Below, piece by piece: positions 54,861 to 62,884 of a stretch of DNA of 62,884 nt; the first letter of the stretch is position 1, and each line of letters begins with the position of its first letter. The stretch spans positions 1 to 62,884 of the forward strand of contig PGYD01000002.1 of the NCBI GenBank assembly GCA_002839495.1, read 5' to 3'. The stretch comes from Planctomycetes bacterium HGW-Planctomycetes-1. GTDB lineage: Bacteria > Planctomycetota > Phycisphaerae > Sedimentisphaerales > UBA12454. The notes under the pieces were generated by a model. The model saw only the letters and a list, made by a program, of their open reading frames with translations, was not told the origin of the DNA and ran no database searches. The translations under genes and the position numbers were made by a program.

Positions 54861-55448
54861 ATGGACGAGATTAGTTTAATAGCCGGCCTTGGCAATCCCG
54901 GCAGGGAATACAGCCGGACTCGTCATAATATCGGGTTTGAAGTTGTGGACAGGCTGGCCGAAAGGTTCGACGCCGAGCTGAAAAAAGGCAAGTTCGGAGC
55001 CGTCTTCGGACAGGCGAGCTTTGAAGATAAAAAGTTAATATTGCTCAAGCCGCTGAAGTTTATGAATAACAGCGGACAGGTTATCGCAACTGCCGCAGGG
55101 TTCTACAAACTGGAGCCGAGGCAGATTCTCGTGATAACCGACGATTTGGCTCTTGAGCCGGGCCTGATAAGAATCAGGGCTTCGGGTTCGGCAGGCGGCC
55201 ATAAAGGGCTGGCCGACATTATTGAAAAGCTCGGAACCGAAGATTTCAGCAGGCTAAGGGTCGGTATCGGCGACAAGGGCCTGACGGACGGAAGGGATTA
55301 TGTGCTTTCTGAGCCGAGCGATGCTGAAAAAGAGCTTATCGACAAAGCCGTTGCTGAAGCTGTCGAAGCAGTCGTTTTTCTGCTTCGTCAGGGCGTCGAA
55401 GCGGCGATGACGAAATTTAACCGGAAAAACACGGCAAAAGAAAAATAA
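54861..55448 (+). CDS. pth: peptidyl-tRNA hydrolase
   Basis: LIAGLGNPGREYSRTRHNIGF and GHKGL. Confidence 0.9.
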   Translation: MDEISLIAGLGNPGREYSRTRHNIGFEVVDRLAERFDAELKKGKFGAVFGQASFEDKKLILLKPLKFMNNSGQVIATAAGFYKLEPRQILVITDDLALEPGLIRIRASGSAGGHKGLADIIEKLGTEDFSRLRVGIGDKGLTDGRDYVLSEPSDAEKELIDKAVAEAVEAVVFLLRQGVEAAMTKFNRKNTAKEK

Positions 55449-55486
55449 TATTGTTATTTGGATAATGTGATTAAGGAGATGTTAAT

Positions 55487-55936
55487 TTGGAAACCGTAAC
55501 CAAACGATTGTACGAGGGGTTGTTTCTCGTTGATTCGGGCGAAGCCGCTGCCGACTGGCAGGGCATAAATGACCACGTAAAGAAGATACTCGAACGCAGC
55601 GAAGCCGAGATAGTCAAGATGAGCAAGTGGGACGAGCGTCCGCTCGCATATCCGATTCTGGGCAGGAAAAGAGGCACTTATATCCTCGTTTACTTCAATG
55701 CTCCGAGCGGAAAACTGACTTCGATTGAACGCGATGCGCAGCTTTCGGAAAGGGTTCTTAGAATCCTGATTCTCCGCGGCGACCATCTAACGCCTGAGGA
55801 TATCGAAAAGGATACTCCTGCTGTGCGTGCGGAAAAGGGACAGCCTGTCAGCGCTCCTGTCGAAAAAATCGTCGAAGAGGCGATTGCCGAAGACAAAGAT
55901 GATGAAATATTGGACGTTGATGAAAAGCAGGATTAG
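55487..55936 (+). CDS. rpsF: 30S ribosomal protein S6
   Basis: YEGLFLV...WDERPLAYPI. TTG start after AAGGAG. Part of the rpsF-ssb-rpsR-rplI gene order. Confidence 0.85.
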   Translation: METVTKRLYEGLFLVDSGEAAADWQGINDHVKKILERSEAEIVKMSKWDERPLAYPILGRKRGTYILVYFNAPSGKLTSIERDAQLSERVLRILILRGDHLTPEDIEKDTPAVRAEKGQPVSAPVEKIVEEAIAEDKDDEILDVDEKQD

Positions 55937-55966
55937 TCCGGAGTTTCTTACGGAAAGGATATTGTT

Positions 55967-56398
55967 ATGGCGAATTTTAACAAGGTGATTCTGCTCGGCA
56001 ATCTGACGCGGGACCCGCAGCTTTCATATTTGCCCAGTCAGACAGCGGTTGTGGATTTCGGACTTGCTATGAACAGGAAGTGGACCGGACAGGACGGTCA
56101 GCAGCGTGAAGAAACCTGCTTTGTCGATTGCAGAGCCTTTGGCAAAACTGCTGAAACAATCAATAAATATTGTAAAAAGGGCAATCCTCTGCTGGTAGAA
56201 GGCAGGCTTACGTTTGACAGCTGGACCGGAAAGGACGGCACCAAACGCAGCAAGCATAGAATTACAGTAGAGAGTTTTCAGTTTATCTCGTCAGGCGGCC
56301 CAAGGCCGGCGGCGGCCTCGGGCGGTACCGATGAATCGCAGATTCCATCGGCCGATGCCGGAGCCGACCAGACCGGCGGGGACGATATACCGTTCTAA
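55967..56398 (+). CDS. ssb: single-stranded DNA-binding protein
   Basis: MANFNKVILLGNLTRDPQL and the C-terminal acidic tip DDIPF. Confidence 0.9.
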   Translation: MANFNKVILLGNLTRDPQLSYLPSQTAVVDFGLAMNRKWTGQDGQQREETCFVDCRAFGKTAETINKYCKKGNPLLVEGRLTFDSWTGKDGTKRSKHRITVESFQFISSGGPRPAAASGGTDESQIPSADAGADQTGGDDIPF

Positions 56399-56444
56399 TT
56401 TGAAATTTGAGATTTGAAATTCTATTTTTTTAGGAGTTATTTAA

Positions 56445-56720
56445 GTGAGAAGTCAGAGCTTTAAGAAAAAAGGCCCTAACAAGCCGATGAAAAGAAAAAA
56501 ACGCAGGGAAAACACCAACCAGCAGAATCAATGCAGGTTCTGCAGGTCTAAAACACGGTACATCGATTATAAGGATACCGAGATTTTAGGCAAATTGCTT
56601 ACTCACAGGGGCAAGATTTTCTCGCGCAAACGCAGCGGAAACTGCGCAGGCTGTCAGCGGAAAGTAAAACTGGCGATAAAACGCGCACGTTTTATGGGTC
56701 TGCTGCCGTTTACAAGTTAA
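56445..56720 (+). CDS. rpsR: 30S ribosomal protein S18
   Basis: CRFC...IDYKD...LL....GKI..RK.SG.CA..QRKV..AIKRAR. GTG start. Confidence 0.88.
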   Translation: MRSQSFKKKGPNKPMKRKKRRENTNQQNQCRFCRSKTRYIDYKDTEILGKLLTHRGKIFSRKRSGNCAGCQRKVKLAIKRARFMGLLPFTS

Positions 56721-56776
56721 TCAATGGTCTTTTTTAAAATATAACTTCCGACTGATTAGTTATTGGAGATGTTAGT

Positions 56777-57271
56777 ATGAAAGTTTTACTGTGTGAAGAT
56801 ATTGAAACCCTCGGCTGGTATGGCGATGTGGTGGATGTCCGCGAAGGATACGCCAGAAATTATCTTCTGCCGCAGAGATTGGCAACAATCCCGACAGAGG
56901 CGAAGATAAAGGGAATGGCCGACGAGAAAGCCAAAAGGGCTGAACAAAGAAAGGGTGTTATTGACAACTTCAACAAGGCCGCCGAGGCCGTCAACGGCGC
57001 CGAAGTCGTTATCGCCGCCAAGGCGAACGAGCAGGGCCACCTCTTCGGCTCGGTTTCCGAAAAGGAAATCGCCGTCAACCTTCGTCAGCAGGGTTTCGAA
57101 GTGGCTGACAAATTCGTTCAGCTTGACGAGCATATAAAAGAAATCGGTGAACGTACCGTTAAACTCAGGTTTACAGTCGATGTTACAGCTTCTGTAAAAG
57201 TTATCGTAGTTCCGGAGACGACTGATTCAGAAATAACCGATGGCTCAGAAAGTCAGACAAAACCCGAATAA
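56777..57271 (+). CDS. rplI: 50S ribosomal protein L9
   Basis: MKVLLCEDIETLGWYGDVVDVREGYARNYLLPQRLA. Confidence 0.9.
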   Translation: MKVLLCEDIETLGWYGDVVDVREGYARNYLLPQRLATIPTEAKIKGMADEKAKRAEQRKGVIDNFNKAAEAVNGAEVVIAAKANEQGHLFGSVSEKEIAVNLRQQGFEVADKFVQLDEHIKEIGERTVKLRFTVDVTASVKVIVVPETTDSEITDGSESQTKPE

Positions 57272-58655
57272 AAAGGCTCAGCCGGCCGCAAGGCCGGATA
57301 GCTCTTCAGCTTCGCAGCTCGTCGGCAGAACAATGCCGGAGTCTCTTGAAGCCGAGGCCGCCGTGCTCGGTTCGATGATACTCGACCCGGAATGCATCGG
57401 TCAGGTCGTTCAGCATATTACGGCAGGCGCTTTTTACCGTATCGAACATCAGATGCTCTTCGATGCGATTGTTTCGCAATGGGAAAAGAAGAACGAGAAA
57501 TTCGACCTGCTTCTGCTTAGAGATGAACTGAAGAACCGCAAACAGCTCGAAGAAATAGGCGGCGCCGAGTATCTTGTCAAAATAGCCGAGGCTGTACCTT
57601 CAGCAGCCAATGTTGAGCAGTATCTGCAGATTGTCAAAGACAAGCAGATGATGCGCGAGCTTATTGCCGCCGCAGGCGAGGTGCTGACCGAGGCGTTCGA
57701 GGATGTTGGAAACGCCGCTGAAAGACTCGACAGGGCAGAGCAGAAAATATTTAATGTTACGCAGCAAAAAGTAACCGGCTCAGCGGTATCAATCAAGGAG
57801 CTTTTGACTGAGGCTTTCGAGGCTATCGACAAACGGGAGGGCCACCACGTAACCGGTTTGCCGACCGGCTTTGCCGAGATTGACGACCTGACGTGCGGAC
57901 TGCAGAACGGTGAAATGATTATCATAGCCGGCAGACCGAGTATGGGAAAAACGAGTTTCGCTATGAATATCGCCGAACACATCGGCGCAGATAACAATAT
58001 TCCAGTCGCGTTTTTCTCTCTTGAAATGAGCCGACAGCAGCTTGCCGAGCGTATGCTCTGCAGCAGGGCGCTGATGGATTCGCAGATTGTCCGCAAGGGT
58101 ATGATTAACGATTCCCAGTATCAGGAGCTTGTGCACGCCGCAAGCGAACTGAGTGAAAAACCGATTTATGTCGATGATACGCCGGGCATAACGCCGCTTG
58201 AACTTCGCGGCAAGGCCAGAAGACTGCGCAGCAGATACGGAATCAAATGCGTTTTTATCGATTACCTGCAGCTTATGAGTATGGGCGGCAGAGTCGAGTC
58301 CAGACAGCAGGAAGTTAGCGAAATAAGCAGATACCTCAAGGCCCTGGCGAGAGAGCTTGAGGTGCCTGTTATCGTTTTAAGTCAGCTCAACCGTTCGCCG
58401 GAAGGCAGAGAAGGACACAGACCCCGAATGAGCGACCTGCGTGAAAGCGGAAGTATCGAACAGGACGCCGACGTTGTCGTGCTTTTGCATCGCGAAGATT
58501 ATTATCATCGCGGAGAACCCGACTATCAGGAAAGCAGCAGTGCCGAAATAATAGTCGCCAAGCAGAGAAACGGCCCGACCGATACAATCGAACTTAACTT
58601 TAACGGTGTATATACCCGCTTCGGCAACAAGGCCAGGGTTCAGGAGCCTTTTTAA
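57240..58655 (+). CDS. dnaB: replicative DNA helicase DnaB
   Basis: SLEAEAAVLGSMILD, GRPSMGKTSFAMNIA (Walker A), and VIVLSQLNR. The start is uncertain: ATG 57240 overlaps rplI, and ATG 57333 is an alternative. Confidence 0.9.
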   Translation: MAQKVRQNPNKKAQPAARPDSSSASQLVGRTMPESLEAEAAVLGSMILDPECIGQVVQHITAGAFYRIEHQMLFDAIVSQWEKKNEKFDLLLLRDELKNRKQLEEIGGAEYLVKIAEAVPSAANVEQYLQIVKDKQMMRELIAAAGEVLTEAFEDVGNAAERLDRAEQKIFNVTQQKVTGSAVSIKELLTEAFEAIDKREGHHVTGLPTGFAEIDDLTCGLQNGEMIIIAGRPSMGKTSFAMNIAEHIGADNNIPVAFFSLEMSRQQLAERMLCSRALMDSQIVRKGMINDSQYQELVHAASELSEKPIYVDDTPGITPLELRGKARRLRSRYGIKCVFIDYLQLMSMGGRVESRQQEVSEISRYLKALARELEVPVIVLSQLNRSPEGREGHRPRMSDLRESGSIEQDADVVVLLHREDYYHRGEPDYQESSSAEIIVAKQRNGPTDTIELNFNGVYTRFGNKARVQEPF

Positions 58656-58702
58656 TGCCGGTGCGTGACCGATAAAACGGATTTTTACAAGAAAGGGATT
58701 TT

Positions 58703-61066
58703 ATGCTGAATTTCAGAAGCCCTCGTAAATCTTGCGGACTGACAGGGGGACTGTCTTTTATACCGGTTTTGCTGTTTGTTTTTATCTGTACCACGCAGGC
58801 GGACCCGAACGCTCCCGCCCACCCGCCGACAGCTGTAACCTTCGAGGGCAGGGTTATAGACAGCGTCGATGCGCAGGGCAATGTGTTTGTCAGCGAGGAA
58901 AAAATACTGTCGATGGCAAGAAGCAGAGCTGGACAGATGTTTAATGCCGCCCAGGCTCAGGACGATGTCAGCAGAATAGCGACTATTAAAGGCGTCGAAC
59001 TTGCGTATTACAGCACCGAGCTTGTCGGCGAAAAGGTAAAATTGATTTTCGTAATCAAGGAAAGAAGCGTTATCCGTCAGGTCTCGTTCACCGGCAATAA
59101 AAAATTCAGCGGCAAGGTTCTCACAAAGCAGCTCGGATTTACAAGAGGCGATTATCTTGATAAATTCGCCGCCGGCGCAGGAGCGGAAAAACTTACCGAA
59201 TATTATAAGAAAAAAGGTTATCCGTTCGCAAAAGTCAGTTTCGACGATTCCGGCCTTTCGCAGGGAAGACTGCACTACGTTATCGAAGAGGCAACTTTGG
59301 TCAAAATCCGAAAAACGCGTTTTGAGGGAAACGCCTCGATAAAAAACAAGGAGCTTAAAAAAGCGGTAAAAAGCAATCCGCGGACATTCGGCATCTTTCA
59401 AAATCATTTCAAGCAGAGTACTCTCGACGACGACCTTGTAAAAATCCAGCAGGCGTACGACTCGAGGGGTTATCTTGATACGAAAGTGGACGCCGACACG
59501 AGTTTTACGAAGGATAAAAAGGGTGCGGAAATTACCTTTAATATAGAAGAAGGAAAACAATACGACGTTGCAAAGATAGAAATTTCCGGCAACGAATTCA
59601 TTAGTGATGCGAATCTTGCTGCCGATTTCAGACTAAAAGAAGGACAGTTTTACAGCGATGAAAAAGCCGAGTATGACAGGGACGAAATACTTAAGCAGTA
59701 TCGTCAAATCGGATTTATAGATGTTCAGGTAAAATCGAGCAGGCAATTTACCGCGGACAATAAAATCAACGCAAGATTCGATATAGAAGAAGGTCCGCGA
59801 TTTAAAATCGGCAGGATAAATATCTCCGGCAATAAGGCAACACAGGACAAAGTTATTAGGCGGGTTCTTGATTACCCGAACTTTGTGCCGGGCCAGTGGT
59901 ATAACGCTCATATTGCAAAAGGAGACGGCGAAGGCGCTCTTGAGAAAGACATCAAGTCCGGCGTATATGCCGAAACGGCTTCTATTACTCCGGTCGGCGA
60001 AGTCAGCGGACAAAAGGATGCTGAAGTCAGAATAACCGAAGGCAAAACCGGCTCGATTCTCTTCGGTGCGGGCGTCAGCAGTACCAACGGTCTCATCGGA
60101 CAAATGGTATATGAGCAGAGAAATTTCGACGTAAAAAAATGGCCAAAGAACTGGCGAAAATTCTTTTCCGAAGACGCCTTCAAGGGCGCAGGCCAGCGGC
60201 TGAGAATCGCCGCCGAGCCCGGCACCCGGGTAAGCAGATATTCTATAACCTTTACAGAACCCTATCTCAAAGACAAACCGATTGCTATGACTATTTCCGG
60301 TTCCAATTGGACAAGAGGAATGGAATGTTATGATGAGACAAGGCAAAAGGGCTATCTGGGCTTTACAAGGCGGATGAAAGAAGGAAAATACAGAACTCTT
60401 GCCTTTCGATTCGAAAATGTAAGCGTAAATAGTCTCGATGACAATGCGCCAAAGGAAATCGTCGATGTCAAGGGCAGCAATCTTCTCGCCGGCATAAGAA
60501 TAGGTTTTGGCAGAGATACTACTGATAACAGGTTTATGCCCACAAAGGGAAAAAGTTATGAATTCGGCTACGAACAGGTAGGGGGAGACCATACATTCGG
60601 CATTATCGATGGAACGCATCGCTGGTATAAAACTATTCGCGAGGATATCGCCAGACGAAAAACCGTGCTCGAGACAAAAGTGTACGCCGGCGTAATTGTC
60701 GGCAATGCCCCGCCTTTTGAAAAATTTTACGGCGGCGGCATCGGCAGTATAAGGGGTTTTGATTACCGCGGAGTAAGTCCTCGCTCAGGGCCGGACAAAG
60801 ACCCTGTCGGAAGCGACTGGATAGTAACGGCCAGCAGCGAATTGGTCGTACCGCTGACGAAAGAAGTTTTGTCCGCGCTTTTCTTTGTAGATACGGGAAT
60901 GGTTGAGACCGGCGGAGTGAGAGCTTCTGCCGGCATAGGTATTCAGATTATGGTCCCGCAATGGTTCGGGCCTGTGCCGATGAGATTCGAACTGGCGCAT
61001 CCGTTTATGAAAAACGGGGACGACGATACGCAGGTGTTCAGTTTTTCAGCCGGAGCGCTGTTCTAA
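58703..61066 (+). CDS. bamA: outer membrane protein assembly factor BamA
   Basis: Signal peptide, POTRA-type repeats (I..I.F.GN..F), a C-terminal beta-barrel with GGGIGSIRGFDYRGVSPR, and a terminal F. Confidence 0.85.
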   Translation: MLNFRSPRKSCGLTGGLSFIPVLLFVFICTTQADPNAPAHPPTAVTFEGRVIDSVDAQGNVFVSEEKILSMARSRAGQMFNAAQAQDDVSRIATIKGVELAYYSTELVGEKVKLIFVIKERSVIRQVSFTGNKKFSGKVLTKQLGFTRGDYLDKFAAGAGAEKLTEYYKKKGYPFAKVSFDDSGLSQGRLHYVIEEATLVKIRKTRFEGNASIKNKELKKAVKSNPRTFGIFQNHFKQSTLDDDLVKIQQAYDSRGYLDTKVDADTSFTKDKKGAEITFNIEEGKQYDVAKIEISGNEFISDANLAADFRLKEGQFYSDEKAEYDRDEILKQYRQIGFIDVQVKSSRQFTADNKINARFDIEEGPRFKIGRINISGNKATQDKVIRRVLDYPNFVPGQWYNAHIAKGDGEGALEKDIKSGVYAETASITPVGEVSGQKDAEVRITEGKTGSILFGAGVSSTNGLIGQMVYEQRNFDVKKWPKNWRKFFSEDAFKGAGQRLRIAAEPGTRVSRYSITFTEPYLKDKPIAMTISGSNWTRGMECYDETRQKGYLGFTRRMKEGKYRTLAFRFENVSVNSLDDNAPKEIVDVKGSNLLAGIRIGFGRDTTDNRFMPTKGKSYEFGYEQVGGDHTFGIIDGTHRWYKTIREDIARRKTVLETKVYAGVIVGNAPPFEKFYGGGIGSIRGFDYRGVSPRSGPDKDPVGSDWIVTASSELVVPLTKEVLSALFFVDTGMVETGGVRASAGIGIQIMVPQWFGPVPMRFELAHPFMKNGDDDTQVFSFSAGALF

Positions 61067-61107
61067 TATGATATTTCTTTGTTGATATAAATTAAGAAAG
61101 GATTGTT

Positions 61108-61722
61108 ATGAATAAAAAAAATCTTATTATTGTTTCGTTTGTAATAGCAGGTTTAGGGTTGTTTATTCTCGGCGCCGCAAAGAGCAAGATTGTATCGCCG
61201 GCAAAAATCGGCATCGTGAGTATAAAGGAAGTCTTTGACAAGTGTACTATGAAAGCCGAAGTGGAAAAAACCCTCTCCGATGAGGGAGACAAACGCTTTG
61301 CCGAGCTTAAAAGGCTTGAAGAGTCTATAGAAAGCGGCAAAGTAACTATGAACAAATTTAAGGAAGGCAGCCAGGATTATCTGGACACCCTCAAGGAACT
61401 TATGATAAAGCAATCGCAGCTTGAAGCTCAAAAAGAGTTTTATCAGCAGGAACTTGGCCTCAAGGAAATGCGAAACAAAGAGGATATTTACCGCAAGATT
61501 CTTGAAATTATCGCGAAAGTAGCCAAGGAAAAAGACCTTGATATAATTTTGAGCAGGGACGATAATTATCTTAGTCAGCCCGAGTCTGCGGCAAATCCGC
61601 CCGCTCAGAATCCAACCGAGCTTATTTTAACGACAAAAACACACAAACTGTTCTATTTCAATAGCAGCCTCGATATTACCGAAGACGTACTCAGTGCAAT
61701 GAACAGCGCGAAGAAAAAATGA
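61108..61722 (+). CDS. OmpH/Skp-family periplasmic chaperone
   Basis: Signal anchor, a coiled-coil Lys/Glu/Gln-rich body, and a position between bamA and lpxD. Confidence 0.75.
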   Translation: MNKKNLIIVSFVIAGLGLFILGAAKSKIVSPAKIGIVSIKEVFDKCTMKAEVEKTLSDEGDKRFAELKRLEESIESGKVTMNKFKEGSQDYLDTLKELMIKQSQLEAQKEFYQQELGLKEMRNKEDIYRKILEIIAKVAKEKDLDIILSRDDNYLSQPESAANPPAQNPTELILTTKTHKLFYFNSSLDITEDVLSAMNSAKKK

Positions 61723-62765
61723 CCGACTCGAAGAAAATTACCGTAAATGAACTTGCGAATATTTTAAAAGCCAGGCTTATCGGCTCCGGCTTAGCCGAAG
61801 TCCGCAGAGTTTCAGTTTTCGATTCTGCCGGCTCCGACAGCGTCGCTTTTGCTGCCGAGGATAAGCTTCTCGAAAAAATATCGCAATGCAAAGCCGCAGC
61901 GGTAATTGTGAACAAAGAAGTCAATTCGCCGATACCTTTGCTCGTTGTTGATAATGTCGAGCGGGCATTAATAGAGACTTTAAAGCAGTTTATGCCGCCG
62001 CTCGGCAAACCTGCCGCCGGAATACACAAAACCGCGGCGGTTGAGCAGGGGGCGACAGTGGATAAAACAGCTTCCATCGGTCCGCTTGCCTGTATCAAAA
62101 CCGGCGCCAAAATCGGCGAAAGAACCGTTATCGGCGCAGGCGCCAAAATCGGCGAAAATTCGGTAATCGGAAACGATTGCAGGCTTGAGGATAATGTGGT
62201 TGTGTATCACAATTGTTCTATTGGAAACAACTGTGTCATCGCCGCGAATTCTACAATCGGAGCAACCGGATTCGGATATTATTTCATCAATGGCCGTCAT
62301 CAGTTAATCCCGCATACCGGCTCTGTAATTATCGAAGACTGTGTCGAAATCGGAGCGAACTCCTGCATCGACAGGGCGAAATTCGGAAATACCGTAATAG
62401 GAGCGGGAACAAAAATAGACAATCTCGTTCATATTGCTCATAATGTCATATTAGGGAAATGCTGTCTGATTGCCGCGCAGGCGGGAATTGCCGGCAGCAC
62501 CAAACTCGGCAACGGCGTTGTTCTTGCCGGACAGGTCGGAATAAAAGACCATATAACTATCGGCGACGGGACTCAGGTCGGCGCTCAGGCGGGCGTTATA
62601 AATGATATCGGGCCGAATATAAGGGTTGTCGGCTCACCGGCTATAGACGCCAGGGAATTTTTTAAACAGGTGCTTCTTGAACAGAGGCTGCCTGAAATGA
62701 GCAAACAGTTGAAACAGCTTGTAAAAAGAGTGGAAGAACTTGAAGCCGCAAAAAACAATAGCTGA
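61719..62765 (+). CDS. lpxD: UDP-3-O-acylglucosamine N-acyltransferase
   Basis: Long run of hexapeptide repeats ([20 protein letters not shown]...), HIAHNV, and the gene context. Confidence 0.88.
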   Translation: MTDSKKITVNELANILKARLIGSGLAEVRRVSVFDSAGSDSVAFAAEDKLLEKISQCKAAAVIVNKEVNSPIPLLVVDNVERALIETLKQFMPPLGKPAAGIHKTAAVEQGATVDKTASIGPLACIKTGAKIGERTVIGAGAKIGENSVIGNDCRLEDNVVVYHNCSIGNNCVIAANSTIGATGFGYYFINGRHQLIPHTGSVIIEDCVEIGANSCIDRAKFGNTVIGAGTKIDNLVHIAHNVILGKCCLIAAQAGIAGSTKLGNGVVLAGQVGIKDHITIGDGTQVGAQAGVINDIGPNIRVVGSPAIDAREFFKQVLLEQRLPEMSKQLKQLVKRVEELEAAKNNS

Positions 62766-62884
62766 ACAGACCCAAATTTCCGGCAGGGGAATGTTTGGCG
62801 GACAGGAAGCAAAGGTGCTTTTCCTTCCCGCCGACGTCGATACCGGCGTTGTCTTTGTAAGAAAAGACACGCCCGAGCCGGTGC
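62740..62884 (+). CDS. lpxC: UDP-3-O-acyl-GlcNAc deacetylase, 5' partial (runs off the window)
   Basis: The open frame reads (L)[47 protein letters not shown], the LpxC N-terminal pattern. TTG 62740 is a guessed start. Confidence 0.6.
   Translation, partial: MKPQKTIAEQTQISGRGMFGGQEAKVLFLPADVDTGVVFVRKDTPEPV

Noticed and set aside
1-62884. Scan for CRISPR arrays, transposases/IS ends, integrases, toxin-antitoxin pairs and known defence-system signatures
   Set aside because: I saw no regularly spaced direct repeats. No ORF had DDE, tyrosine- or serine-recombinase, nuclease-helicase or other defence-type motifs that I could recognise by eye. This absence is provisional without HMM searches.

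Overview
The window is mostly housekeeping chromosome from a diderm bacterium, with bamA, skp, lpxD and lpxC at the right end. It carries an anaerobe-style oxygen and peroxide detoxification set. The exosortase, PEP-CTERM, sulfatase and sigma54 content suggests the PVC group (Planctomycetota, Kiritimatiellota or Lentisphaerota), but that is inference only. No homology search was possible, so every product call rests on motifs I recognised in the ORF translations.

Layout, left to right:
- 0.5-3.3 kb: an IPTLxxWG-CTERM substrate, an exosortase H-like gene, a partner membrane protein and an atypical HTH/pseudo-receiver regulator.
- 3.4-9.1 kb: a Fur/PerR-like regulator, rubrerythrin, Tpx, a flavodiiron protein, desulfoferrodoxin, a ferritin-like protein, a rubredoxin that the ORF track does not list, and zwf.
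- 9.2-12.3 kb: an Rrf2 regulator, hcp, a cupin and a permease.
- 12.3-17.9 kb: a minus-strand run of glyQS, a membrane protein, a 48-aa PspC-domain gene not in the track, asnS and a Cys-rich orphan.
- 18.0-18.4 kb: a TPP riboswitch with a very long P3 stem, ahead of thi4.
- 19-34 kb: prmC, rpsT, rnr, an alkaline phosphatase, clpB, a PpiD-like chaperone and hemL.
- 34.1-34.6 kb: a decayed dehydrogenase pseudogene.
- 36.3-39.6 kb: a PilZ protein, a PAS histidine kinase and a sigma54 activator.
- 40.7-51.4 kb: a glycan biosynthesis locus whose left part is AT-rich. It has rfbA, rfbB and rfbD but no rfbC.
- 51.8-62.9 kb: tRNA-Gln, glmU, prs, rplY, pth, rpsF, ssb, rpsR, rplI, dnaB, bamA, skp, lpxD and lpxC.

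I found no CRISPR array, transposase, integrase or recognisable defence system.

The most unusual signal is a repeated leader module of about 85-115 nt. It has 13-bp perfect GC-rich inverted arms (ATCCCGCACCTT... / ...AAGGTGCGGGAT) whose right arm buries the start codon. Nearly identical ends occur upstream of hemL and between rfbD and rfbB, two unrelated genes. More diverged possible relatives sit in the thi4 leader and at 40.1 kb.
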